Source of the DNA: an uncultured delta proteobacterium
GTDB lineage: Bacteria > Desulfobacterota > Syntrophia > Syntrophales > UBA5619
Direction of reading: 5' to 3'
NCBI GenBank assembly: GCA_963817385.1
Contig: CAWFOM010000005.1
Span: forward strand, 224,001 to 288,000
Length of the DNA stretch: 64,000 bases
Shown piece by piece: positions 48,090 through 60,862 of the stretch. Position numbers and translations under genes: made by a program. Under the pieces are notes generated by a model, which was not told where the DNA came from, made no database searches, and saw only the letters and a program-made list of their open reading frames with translations. Numbering within the stretch: the stretch's first letter is position 1; the number at the start of each line of letters is the position of its first letter.

Positions 48090-51000
48090 CAATTTTTTCT
48101 CCACAAGCCGGATCTCTGCCTCCGTGAGATTGTAGAGGTCATAGACGAGGCGGTCGATCCGGCGGTCGGCGGCGTCGATCTGGCGCTTGAGGTTCGTCCG
48201 TTCGTGGTCCGTCCGGGCGGCGGCGAGCTGCCGGTGGAGGGCGAGCATCTCCTCGACCAGGGCGACCATCCGGTCGTGGCGCTCCCGGTCCGCCGGGTCG
48301 GCGAAGTCGATGGGGCGGATGGGAAGCTGCTCGATGATATTGCGTGTTCGCAGCCAGATATCCGCCACGAAAGTGGTCGCGATACGCTTCAGATAAAAAT
48401 CGAGCAAGCGGAGAGTTCAACAGACCGCAGAAGATAAGGCAGACTGACTCGCGGGATGATCGGAGTGATACCGTAGCCGCCCGTCGTACGTTGATGAAGT
48501 AGAATGACCGGCGTCGATCGAGATAAGCGATGCCACGTCTGGTGATAATATACTGGAACGATGAGCTTGGGCTGCTCCCATAATCGTCATGATTCTGCGA
48601 TCGCCCATAACGCATACCACTGATCATCTTTGAATTTGCCTTTTTCACGATCCTTCAAGGAGCTGTTTTATTGCCGTTCAGATAGGCCCACGTCCAGGGG
48701 ATAACGTCGCTGTCATCTCTTCGGTTGAATAAGCTGCAGCGTTATCTCTGACATTCATAGGGAAAAAGAACCAGCGCCGATGGATCGGCCTCATATCGGT
48801 GGATGCGACCGCTGACGGATAACCGGCTTCAGGATACTTCATTCGATAGCCATCCATTGATCCAGTTCCTTCGATAGGACTCAGTTGATCAGTTTCCGTC
48901 CCTGTCGGAACGATCCTTCAAAAGATAAACACGTATCGCGCTGGTTGTAGGCCCTCGAAACATTCATCCGCCACATCCCCCAGTTTCACCGGCATCCGGC
49001 GGAGTTTTTCGAAGAGGTCGGCGCCGCGGCCGACGGTGAAGTTCCACTCGGCGGCGGTGATACTCGCTGCGGGGATGGCGCCCTCGGTCCCCTCGCCGGT
49101 CTTTTGCCAGGCCTCCAGATCGTCCACCTTCGTGAAGCGGCAGGCCTCGGCGCCGGACTTTTCCAGAAAGAGCAGGCAGGTGTAGGTCGTTGCCCCGGAG
49201 AAGACCTGGGCATCGCCGAAATGGACGACCCCGGCCAGATGCTTGCCCTTCGCCAGGAGATCGCGCAGGGGCTCGCCGTACTGGGCGTTGAAGAACTTGT
49301 GGGGCAGGATGAAGCCCAGGCGGCCTTTCTCGTTCAGAAGCCCGAGCCCCTTTTCGACGAAGACCATGTAGATGTCGTAGTTCCCCTTCCCGGCGGCGGC
49401 AAAGGCGGTCTTGTAGAACTCCACCTCCAGGGGCGCCCACTCCTTCATCGTCTGGATGCGGATGTAGGGCGGGTTCCCGATCACGGCGTCGAAGCCGCCT
49501 TGGTCACGCTCCGGCGTCGTCCCGCTCCGGCCGCCCGTTTTTCCCGACGTGACGACCTGCGGCCGGCTGCGGCGGCAAAGACCTCCGGAAATTCCGTTTC
49601 CCAGTCGAAGACGTTGATCCGGTAGCGATCCTCATCGCCAAGAAGATCGGGCAATGTGCCGTCGTAGAAGTCCGGGCCGATGAGGGAGTTTCCGCAGCGG
49701 ATGTTCCCGGAGAGATCGGGCAAGGCCCGCTCGTGGAAGAGCTTGAGCTGGTTCATGAGGGTCTCGCCGCTCTCCCCCTCCAGGACCTTGAGGAGGAGCG
49801 AGAGCTTCGTCACCTCGACGGCCTGGGGATCGATGTCCACGCCGAAGATGCTGTTGAGGAGGATCCGTTTCCGCTCCGCCGTGGTCAGGCGCCATTCGCC
49901 CCCGGCGGCCTGATAGAGGACGGGCTTCTTGCCCTTCGCCCGCTTCTCCGGCCCGCCCTCGACGTACCGGTCCCGGTACCAGTCCAGAAGGTGCTGGTAG
50001 GCCTGGATGAGAAACGATCCGGAGCCGCAGGCGGGGTCGAGGATCCTTGAGCCTGTCGGCCTGCGCGGGCGTCCGGCCGGCGAGCAGCTTGCCGACGGTC
50101 CCGCTCGACGATGTAATCGACGATGTACTTCGGGGTGTAGAAGACGCCGCCCGCCTTCTTCACCTCCGGCTTGTCCTCCACCTTCGCCTGGTGGCCGGCG
50201 GTAAGGCGGATCACCTTGCCGAGGAACTGCTCGTAGACCCGGCCGAGGATGTCGGCGGGGAGCACGGAGAATTCATAGGGGGAATCGGGATAGTAGAGGC
50301 CGCGGAAGATCTCCTTGAGCGTCTTGTCGTCGATGGCCAGATTGAGGGTGAGGTTGTCCGGCGGCGCCGGGCGGTCCTTCTCCGGCCGGAAGTGAAAGAG
50401 GCCGGAGTTGTACCGGTCGTCGGCCCGGTAGAAGATCTCGACGAGACGGGCGTAAACGCCGGCGCCGTTCAGGAGGCCCTGCAACTGGCCGTACGGCTCG
50501 ATCCCGCGGTCCTCGCAGATCCTGAGGAAGATGATCCGGTTGATCGTCAGCGTCACGGCGGTGTTGAGCTCCCGCTGGCTGAGGTCCGGGTTCCGGAGCG
50601 CGATGTTCCGGGCGAGGAGATCCCGCCAGGATTCGATTTCCCTGAGGAAGGCCTCGTCCACGCCGGCGGTGCCCTTCTTCAGGCGGCTTGATTCGGCGTA
50701 CCGGTCGAAGGAGCCTTTGAGGACGGCCTCCTTGGCGAAGATCGCGGCGATCTCGTCCCAGCGGGCGGCATACTCCCGGAAGGTGAAGTACAGGATCGCG
50801 GGCGGTCGGAGGCCCGGTCGGTCTGATCCGGCTTGATCCGGCAGTCGTAGACGGCGAACTCCTCGAAGTCGGTGAGGATGGAGAGCGGCAGCCCGGCGGA
50901 CCAGGCGTAGCGGCGAAGCTGGTAGGCGGGGGCGGCGTCCTCGGCGATGTCGGACGGACGGGCTTCTTCGCCTCGACGAAGAATTTCCGCGTCCCGCCGA

Positions 51001-51252
51001 TCCGGAAGCAGTAGTCCGGGGCCTTCACCGCGCCGCCGATCCGGATGGCGTCCTCGTGGATCACGTCCTTGTAAGCCTCGGCGTTGCCTGCCGTATTGTC
51101 CAGATCCCAGCCCAGCGCTTTGAAGAAGGGATCGATGAACTCGCGGCGGAGCTGGGTCTCGTTGTAGTCCCGGAGGTGTAACGCATCGCGAGGTTCTCCT
51201 GAAACCGTTCGACACAACGATTCACCTGACGATGCCCGGAGGGAGCGCGCAT
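48090..51252 (-). pseudogene. Type IIG restriction-modification enzyme (Eco57I-like, fused REase-N6 MTase), multiply frameshifted
   Basis: Fragments YNETQLRREFIDPFF, PDY..VEAKKP, YNSGLF, GVFYTP, DPACGSGSFL, IGNPPY and C-terminal IDRLVYDLYNLT; 3' boundary approximate. Confidence 0.85.
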
Positions 51253-51422
51253 GAACCGTCGTTCCTTTCACATCGCACGAGGGTCTCAATGCCCGGTCGA
51301 CGACTCTTGCCATCAGTATTTCAATCATTCAATATCTTGCAGTTATTGTCAATCTTTCTCTACGATCGCTAAGATCTCTTCCTCTGTCCGGCTTGTAGAG
51401 CTCATAGCATATTGCACAAAAG

Positions 51423-52830
51423 TCATGACTTTTCCGCAAAGCCCTGCACACCGGCCGCGGCCTCCTCGCCGGCGATATAGCCGGTGGAGAAGGCCGCCTG
51501 GAGGTTGTAGCCCCCCGTGTCGGCGTCGAGGTCCATCACCTCCCCGCAGAAGAAAAGACCGGGGACGAGGCGGGAGGCCATCGTCCGGGGGTCGATCTCC
51601 TTGAGCGACACTCCGCCGGCCGTGACGATGGCGGAGGAGATGGGGAGGGGACCTTTGATGTTGAACCGGAGCGACTTGAGGAGGGCCAGGAGCCGCTCCC
51701 GCTCCGCGGCGCTGATCTGATGCCCCGGCCGCTCCGGGGGAATGCCGGTCATCTCGACAAAGGGGTCGACCATCTTGTGGGGGAGGAGCCCGGCGAGGAG
51801 ATTGCGGAATCCCCGCTTGCCGGACCGGTCGAAGTCGCGCTGGAGGCGGATGCGGAGCTCTTCCGGCGTGAGGGCCGGCTTCAGATCGATGGAGACGCTG
51901 ACCGGCCCTTCCGCCAGGGCGTCCACGATGGAAAGACTCATCAGGAGCGTGATCGGCCCGCCGATCCCGAAATGGGTGAAGAGCATCTCCCCCATCCGGC
52001 TCTCGATGACCGGCCCGCGCCGCCGTTTCGCATCGATCCCCCGGCCGATATCCTTCGCCGGGGTGAGGGCGGGGTCGATCTGCTCCGCCGGCAGGCGGAA
52101 GGCGGTCAGGCGGACGTTCCGGAGGCTCACCCCCTGCATCGATTTCGCCCGTTCGACCTCCTGCGACGACGAGCGGCACCAGGGCCGGACGGAGTTTCGT
52201 GACGGTATGGCCGAGGGCGGCCGCCATCCGGTAGCCGTCGCCGGTGGAACCGGTTGCCGGCCAGGTGACGCCGCCGGTTGCGAGGATCACGGCAGGGGCG
52301 AAAAGCAGGCCTTTCTCCGTCCGGACCCCTTCGACGCGGCCGTCGCGGAGGGCGATCCCGGTTGCACGGACGCCGGTCCTGAGATCGACTCCGTGATCCG
52401 TCAGGTAACGCCGGAAGGCATTCACGATATCCGCCGCATCGTCGGAGACGGGGAAGATCCGCCCGCCGCGTTCGACCTTCGTCTCCACACCGTAACGCCT
52501 GAGGAAGGCGAGGAGGTCATCCCGGAAGTACCGGCGGAAGGCGCCGTGGAGGAATCGGCCGTTCGGACCGTACATGCCGATGAATAGGTCGAGCTCCCGG
52601 GCGTTCGTCAGGTTGCAGCGGCTCTTCCCGCTGATGAGGATCTTCTTTCCCGGTCCATCCGTCTGTTCGAGGAGGAGGACGTTTGCTCCCCTCTCCGCCG
52701 CCCGACCGGCGGCCATCATCCCGCCGGCGCCGGCGCCGATGACGATCACGCGGCGCGTATCCTCCGTCCCCGAGACGTCACTCGGCGAAGCGGAAGCAAA
52801 ACGGTTTGCAGCCCGTCTGCATGTCGTCAT
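51423..52830 (-). CDS. HI0933/BaiN family flavoprotein, +1 frameshift near 52165
   Basis: GAGAGG, GKKILISGKSRCNLTN, ATGG, TGSTGDG, LFTHFGIGGP and DTGGYNLQAAFSTG motifs. Confidence 0.9.
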
Positions 52831-52889
52831 AGTCCTCCTGCCATGCCGCCATTGAGGAAACGGACGATCCCGTAAGGCCGCCGGCGTCA

Positions 52890-53441
52890 TCAGACGCTTC
52901 CCGCCCCGTTGAGGATGATCCGCTTCAGCATCTCCCAGTCGATATCATTCTCCAGGCAGTCATACCGGGCCGTCAGGATGACCTGGGGAATAACCTTCTT
53001 TTTTTTCAAACGGACCCCTTTGAGGGTGATCGGCGTCGCGCGAATGCCCTTTGCGATCTCAAATTCGCACGCCGCCCCGACGGCGGCCCGGATCCTCTTT
53101 CGTTGGACGAGCCGTTTCGTGAAGCCCGTACTGGGCGAGATGTAGAATTGCCACCCCTGCTCCTCGCAGAGAATGCGAATTTCACCGCACCGGCACTGTT
53201 TGCAATTGACGCAGCGGACCCCCTCGTCCTTGGAGAATCGGGCCTTGCACTCTTCGCCGATCAGACAGTGGGGGAGGATCACCGCCTTTCCCTCCGCCGG
53301 GACCCGGTTGAACTCTTCCCGGTAGAACGCATTGGCGATGCTGGAGATGTTATAGCGGAACCCCAGCCGCCCCAAAAAAGAGCGCATCGGAAAGAAGAAA
53401 AAGGCGGAAATGAATTTGAGTCTGCTGCAATCCTGGGTCAT
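52890..53441 (-). CDS. DUF116-like Cys-containing protein
   Basis: ILPHCL, CVNCKQCRC and GAAC motifs. Confidence 0.75.
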   Translation of the reverse strand: MTQDCSRLKFISAFFFFPMRSFLGRLGFRYNISSIANAFYREEFNRVPAEGKAVILPHCLIGEECKARFSKDEGVRCVNCKQCRCGEIRILCEEQGWQFYISPSTGFTKRLVQRKRIRAAVGAACEFEIAKGIRATPITLKGVRLKKKKVIPQVILTARYDCLENDIDWEMLKRIILNGAGSV

Positions 53442-53673
53442 CGAATCTTCCCGTCATCCGTCTGATTATCTATTAACCGATAGGAAGCTTTTGCGGCCAC
53501 CCGCATACCGCAGATGGATACCAGAAAGAGGGTGGGAAAGCAATTCCTTTGCGACGTATTGCAGCGCACCACCTTTCAACTTTCGACAAGAGAATATCTA
53601 TGGTATACTCGCTCCGCTTTTGTCGCACGGTTTCTCTATCTTAATAACCATCCACGTGGCGCGGGAGGTGGCG

Positions 53674-54612
53674 TTGAATTCCAGAAAGACGGTCTTTGTG
53701 GTCAATCCTCATGCGGGAAACGGGGCGACGGGCAAAGAGTGGCCCCGGATCAGAAACAGGGCGACGGACCTTCTCGGTCCTTTCGAGCACTGCATGACCG
53801 CCGGACCGGGAGACGCCACCCGGATGACCAGGGATCACCTCCTCAAGGGCGTCGACCGGATCATCTGCGTCGGCGGCGACGGTACGCTCAACGAGGTGGT
53901 CAACGGCTTTTTTGATGAAAACGGTCCCCTCGGGAAGAACGCCGTCCTCGGATTTATCCCCAACGGAACCGGGTGCGATTTCTGCCGGACCATACCCATC
54001 CCGACCGGGCTGGAGGCCTCCCTCGAAACCATCCGGGAGGGTCACATCCGCACCATCGATCTCGGACTGATCCGCTACCGGGACCACGAGGGCCGCACGT
54101 GCGCCCGATACTTTCACAACATCGCCAGCTTCGGCCTCGGGGGAGAGGTCGATGACCGGGTGAACAGGACGAGCAAGGCCTGCGGACCGTTCATCACCTT
54201 CATCTGGAGCACGCTGATCTCCCTTTTCGCCTACGGGAAGAAGCGTATCCGCATCCGGGTGGATGACGGGGATGAGGAGACCGTGGATGTGCTCAATATC
54301 GCCATCGCCAACGGGCGCTATCACGGGGGGGGAATGCTCGTCGCCCCCGACGCCGTAACCGATGACGGCCTCTTCGATGTCACCATCATCGGCGCGATGA
54401 GCCTCCCGCTGGTCTTCTGGCACCTCCCCAAACTCTATACCGGGGGAATCAAGCGTATCCGTCAGGTCTCCATGTCGACCGGGCGACGGGTGATCGCCTC
54501 TTCAGAGCAGCGGGTACTCCTGGATATCGACGGCGAGCAGCCGGGGACCCTGCCGGCCGAACTTTCGATCGTTCCCGGAGCCATCACCATGATCATGAAG
54601 AAATCCCCCTGA
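53674..54612 (+). CDS. Diacylglycerol kinase family lipid kinase (YegS/DagK-like)
   Basis: VVNPHAG, GGDGTLNEVVNG, GTGCDF, GGGM and DGE motifs; TTG start with GGAGG RBS. Confidence 0.9.
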   Translation: MNSRKTVFVVNPHAGNGATGKEWPRIRNRATDLLGPFEHCMTAGPGDATRMTRDHLLKGVDRIICVGGDGTLNEVVNGFFDENGPLGKNAVLGFIPNGTGCDFCRTIPIPTGLEASLETIREGHIRTIDLGLIRYRDHEGRTCARYFHNIASFGLGGEVDDRVNRTSKACGPFITFIWSTLISLFAYGKKRIRIRVDDGDEETVDVLNIAIANGRYHGGGMLVAPDAVTDDGLFDVTIIGAMSLPLVFWHLPKLYTGGIKRIRQVSMSTGRRVIASSEQRVLLDIDGEQPGTLPAELSIVPGAITMIMKKSP

Positions 54613-54663
54613 CCATCTGAGGCTCGGTTGGCCTCGCCTCCCTTCACACCCTTCGAAAGCAAC

Positions 54664-54702
54664 TGGTGCAATACTCCCCAGGCAATGGGGAATATTGCAC
54701 CA
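54664..54702. promoter_or_regulatory. Paired upstream activator sites for a sigma54 enhancer-binding protein
   Basis: TGGTGCAATACTCCCCA-N5-TGGGGAATATTGCACCA inverted pair about 100 bp upstream of a -24/-12 box. Confidence 0.6.
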
Positions 54703-54798
54703 ATGAGACGACCACAGAGTACACCCTTCATGCAGTCCGAAGAAAGATATTCCCCTATTTCTCATGTATTGAATGCATTACCGTATCTCTCGTTACCA

Positions 54799-54814
54799 TG
54801 GCACACGGTATGCA
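54799..54814 (+). promoter_or_regulatory. Sigma54 promoter
   Basis: TGGCACACGGTATGCA (GG-N10-GC). Confidence 0.7.
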
Positions 54815-54860
54815 AAGGTTGCGGCAGTCCGGAAATAACGGGCGGAAGGATGGATCGTGG

Positions 54861-55250
54861 ATGAAACGTTTTCTGATAATAACGGCAACCTTGATGCTTC
54901 TCTGCGTCACCCTGGCTTTTGCCGCGGAGAAGAAATCGGCTACCCCTACCCCTCCCCCCCGAGTACCGGAGATGAGCACCGCCGGCAAGGTGATGGAAGT
55001 ATCCGATACGGTCCTGAAGATCGAGCGAACATTGAAGGGCGAGACGGAAACGATGGAATTTTCCCTGGAGAAGCCTTTCACCAATATTGTGGTCGGCAAT
55101 CAGATCAAGGTCACCTATCGCGAAAAAGGCGGTCGGAACATCCTGATCCGGGTTGCGCCGGCAAAAATGACGGCAGTCCAGAAACCGAAAAAGGAAGCAT
55201 CGAAAGCGGCAAGCGTGCCCGGGCAGCAAGCGGCGCCGGGTAAAAAATAA
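54861..55250 (+). CDS. Small exported protein of unknown function
   Basis: Signal peptide MKRFLIITATLMLLCVTLAFA; beta-rich core with GKV and G.QIKVTY. Confidence 0.75.
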   Translation: MKRFLIITATLMLLCVTLAFAAEKKSATPTPPPRVPEMSTAGKVMEVSDTVLKIERTLKGETETMEFSLEKPFTNIVVGNQIKVTYREKGGRNILIRVAPAKMTAVQKPKKEASKAASVPGQQAAPGKK

Positions 55251-55381
55251 CCGCCGGGCATACGGGTGTTTAATCCTTGACAACGGTTTGTCAGGGTTAT
55301 AGGGGATTTCCTCGTCATCAGCCGGTTGCCGGCTGAGTGGAGGAAATGGTAAAAAACCAAATTAATGAGGAGGAATGTAAG

Positions 55382-55711
55382 ATGAAACGTTTCATGGTAT
55401 GGGCAATCGCAGTAATTTTCCTGTTCTGTACGTCCGCAATTGCAGCAGAGAAGAAGGAAGAGAAGAAGGCAGAACCCGCCGGCACAGCGGCACCCGCCAC
55501 AACGGCTGATGCTGCGAAGGCTGACAAGAAGGACGTGAAGAAGGACGTGAAGAAGGCCGACAAGAAAGACAAAAAGAAGGCCGAGAAGAAAGACAAAAAG
55601 AAGGCCGACAAGGCTGATAAGAAGGTCGAGAAGAAGGACATGAAGAAGGCCGACAAGGCTGAGAAGAAGGTTGAAGAGAAGAAGGACGCCGCAGCTCCCG
55701 CCGCGAAGTAA
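55382..55711 (+). CDS. Exported low-complexity Lys/Asp/Ala-rich protein
   Basis: Signal peptide then repeated KKAD/KKD units; GAGGAGG RBS. Confidence 0.8.
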   Translation: MKRFMVWAIAVIFLFCTSAIAAEKKEEKKAEPAGTAAPATTADAAKADKKDVKKDVKKADKKDKKKAEKKDKKKADKADKKVEKKDMKKADKAEKKVEEKKDAAAPAAK

Positions 55712-55732
55712 TCCTTTTCCTCAAGCTACTTG

Positions 55733-55774
55733 TTTTGGGGTGGGGGAGCGCATCCCCCACCCTAAAACTTTTTT
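55733..55774 (+). terminator. Intrinsic terminator
   Basis: GGGTGGGGGA...TCCCCCACCC stem followed by AAAACTTTTTT. Confidence 0.65.
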
Positions 55775-56012
55775 GAAAGACCGTCGAAAACGGATGTCGC
55801 CGGTAATCGTTCCCCCTTCCCGATCATTCCCATTCCGCACCGCTCCGCAGAAAAGTTCTCTACACCCCGACGATGAATGCTGTCCAAGAGAGGATTCTCT
55901 TGAAACGATCTTTCGCTAAATCACGACGTGCATTTCCCCCCCGGAGTGTCTATAATACCGCCGGGAAGGCGATCGGGTTTTACGGAAACCGCCTCCGGAG
56001 AGGGATCCGCCG

Positions 56013-57521
56013 ATGACCGTACGCACGCGCCTGATGATCATGACCATCCTGGGGATGGCTGTCACCATGGCCGTTTGGGGGTGGGTGCAGATCGAGGCGT
56101 TGGACCGGATACTGGTCGATCAACAGGGGAAGCGCCTCTCCGGCGTCGCCGAGACGGTCAGCACCTATTACCAGCATTTTCCCACCGGCCAGGGGCTCTC
56201 CACCCTTGTCACCAGCCTCAAGGAACAGATTCAGACCGACGTGCGCCTCGCCCGCATCGACATCTTCACCGTAGACAAATACGACAGCGACGACATCGAA
56301 TACATCGAATACATGGCCGGCGCCAGCCGCGTCCGCTACGAATGGCCGGAGAGCCTCCTGAGCTCCGTGGCGGCGTCGCGCAAGCCCCGTTATGTGCGCC
56401 TTACGACCGAAGACGGTCCTGCCCTGGGGCTTCTCTATCCCGTCAGCTCCGAGAAATCCAAAACGACCCAGTTCATCGTGGGGGTGATCACCTTCAGCCG
56501 GGCGAACGCGGAGATCCTCTCCAGCGCGAAACGACTGCTCGTCATCAGCACGGTCTCCCTTTTGCTCATCATCCTCCTGGTACTCGCCGTAAGCTACCGC
56601 TGGCTCATCGGCCGGCCGCTCAGCATCATCATCCGGACGATCGATGAATTTCAGACGGGACAATATGTAAAGCGGATCCCGATCAAACGCCGGGACGAAT
56701 GGGGGCAACTCGCAGAGCACTTCAATTCGATGGCCCAGGAGATCGAGCAGGTCCTGGCGAGAAATCGGGAACTGACGCGGAATCTCGAAGACCGCATCCA
56801 GGAGGCAACCCGCAGGGTCGTCGAGCTCCAGAAACAGGTCGGCCAGCTCCAGCAGCTCACCGCCCTGGGATACCTCACCGCCACGCTGGCCCACGACCTC
56901 GGGACGCCGCTCCATTCCATTGCCGGCATGGCAAACCTTCTCCAGGAGCGGGGAAACTGGCCGCCGGACGTGGCCCGCAAGCTGGAGCTGATTGTCCAAC
57001 AGACCCAGCGCCTCAACACCGTCATCCAGAATGTCCGGCGCGCCACCCGCCCGCCGGAACCCCATTTCGAGGCGGTCGAAGTCCCGGAACTCCTGAACGA
57101 AACGCTTACCCTCGTCGACCCCCTCATGCGGAAAGCGGGGATCGAGCTCATGGTCCATCTCGATGAAAAGATCCCGCGGATCAACGCGGACCGCTACCGC
57201 ATCCAGACCGCCCTGTTCAATCTGATCCAGAACGCCATGGAGTCGATGCCGGAAGGAGGACTGATCACGGTCTTTGCTCAGGCGGACGGGGAGCGGCGGG
57301 AGGTGTCTCTCACGGTCAAGGACACCGGGAAGGGGATACCGCCGGAGCTGATGGAGAGGGTCTGCGAACCGTTTTTCAGCACGCATCAGGAGGAGGGGCT
57401 GCGGGGGCTGGGGCTGGCCATCGTTCAGGACATCGTCAAGATACACGGAGGACGGATCGCCATCGAGAGCCCTCCGGGCGATGGGACACGGATCGTCCTC
57501 ACCTTCCCCGCGGCAGAATAA
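56013..57521 (+). CDS. HAMP-domain sensor histidine kinase
   Basis: Two TM segments, HAMP (DEWGQLAEHFNSM), AHDLGTPL H-box, NLIQNA, DTGKGI and GLGLAI motifs. Confidence 0.93.
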   Translation: MTVRTRLMIMTILGMAVTMAVWGWVQIEALDRILVDQQGKRLSGVAETVSTYYQHFPTGQGLSTLVTSLKEQIQTDVRLARIDIFTVDKYDSDDIEYIEYMAGASRVRYEWPESLLSSVAASRKPRYVRLTTEDGPALGLLYPVSSEKSKTTQFIVGVITFSRANAEILSSAKRLLVISTVSLLLIILLVLAVSYRWLIGRPLSIIIRTIDEFQTGQYVKRIPIKRRDEWGQLAEHFNSMAQEIEQVLARNRELTRNLEDRIQEATRRVVELQKQVGQLQQLTALGYLTATLAHDLGTPLHSIAGMANLLQERGNWPPDVARKLELIVQQTQRLNTVIQNVRRATRPPEPHFEAVEVPELLNETLTLVDPLMRKAGIELMVHLDEKIPRINADRYRIQTALFNLIQNAMESMPEGGLITVFAQADGERREVSLTVKDTGKGIPPELMERVCEPFFSTHQEEGLRGLGLAIVQDIVKIHGGRIAIESPPGDGTRIVLTFPAAE

Positions 57522-57543
57522 ATAGAGAGGTATCTGTCCCTAT

Positions 57544-59890
<2,347 letters not shown>

Positions 59891-60454
59891 TCAATTGTCG
59901 TCGATGCGGTATTTATGCGCCGCCATCAGATCGCACCGGGTCTGGAGCGTCTCGTGCATGCGGGCGTTGTCCAGGGCGATGGCGCTCAGGTTTGCCACCG
60001 CCTTGAGGAATTTGAGCTCCTCGTCGCCGAATTTGCGGATCTTGTCCGCGTAGACCCGAAGCACTCCGATCGCCTTCTTTTCCAGCATGAGCGGCACAAC
60101 GAGGACGGACTTGATCCCCTCCACCTTCGCCATGGCGCCGTACTGAAAATCCTTCGCCGTCCGGGCGTCCTCGAGCCAGACCGTCCGGCCCTTGAGCACC
60201 TTGCGGTCGAGGCCGCTCTCCTCGATGGAAATGGGCCCCTTGCGGATATACCCCTTGGAGAGGCCGCTCGCCGCGCCGAGCACCAGCAAACGCTCCCGGG
60301 AGTCAAGCAGACGGATGCTGCTCGCCTTGACGCCCATCGCCTTGACGACGCACTGCACGATCTTCTCCAGGACCTTCGACGGCTCCAGGGAGGCATTGAT
60401 CACCCTTGCCACATCGTACAGGGCCGCAAAATAATCGACATCCTTCCCTCTCAT
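59891..60454 (-). CDS. Stand-alone GAF domain protein
   Basis: SVLVVPL, IGVLRVY and AIALDNAR; AGGAGG RBS before MRGKDV. Confidence 0.85.
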   Translation of the reverse strand: MRGKDVDYFAALYDVARVINASLEPSKVLEKIVQCVVKAMGVKASSIRLLDSRERLLVLGAASGLSKGYIRKGPISIEESGLDRKVLKGRTVWLEDARTAKDFQYGAMAKVEGIKSVLVVPLMLEKKAIGVLRVYADKIRKFGDEELKFLKAVANLSAIALDNARMHETLQTRCDLMAAHKYRIDDN

Positions 60455-60508
60455 ACCATCACCTCCTGTTTGCATCTTCCTCTCACGTTGCATTCGACGG
60501 CCGCTTCC

Positions 60509-60739
60509 TCAACGCACGAATCCCATCATGAGGATCCCCATCCCGGCCAGCCAGCCGATCAGGGGCTTCACCTGCCGGGTTTCATCCCGGCTCCCGTAGT
60601 AGAGAAGGTAGCCGGGAAGCATCGCGCACAGAATCCCTTCCCGCATGCTCTTCTTGAATGCCTTGATGGCGACGATGTCCTGGCAGATGAGCATGATTAA
60701 AAATCCCCCCAGGACCATATTTGAACTCATGTTTCCCAC
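60509..60739 (-). CDS. Small membrane protein
   Basis: GAGGAGG RBS; hydrophobic segments. Confidence 0.6.
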   Translation of the reverse strand: MGNMSSNMVLGGFLIMLICQDIVAIKAFKKSMREGILCAMLPGYLLYYGSRDETRQVKPLIGWLAGMGILMMGFVR

Positions 60740-60862
60740 CGGTTGTTCCTCCTCATCCTCCCCTCCGTGAAGGGGTATTGTGCCCCGGCGTTTCCCGCCG
60801 CATGACCGGGAAGGATTATACAGGAAGGCAAATGAAATATCCAGTTATGCCGGGTGAGGTCA

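Noticed and set aside
55520..55690. Possible CRISPR or DNA repeat array
   Set aside because: Short in-frame repeats encoding a Lys-rich protein, with no repeat-spacer structure.
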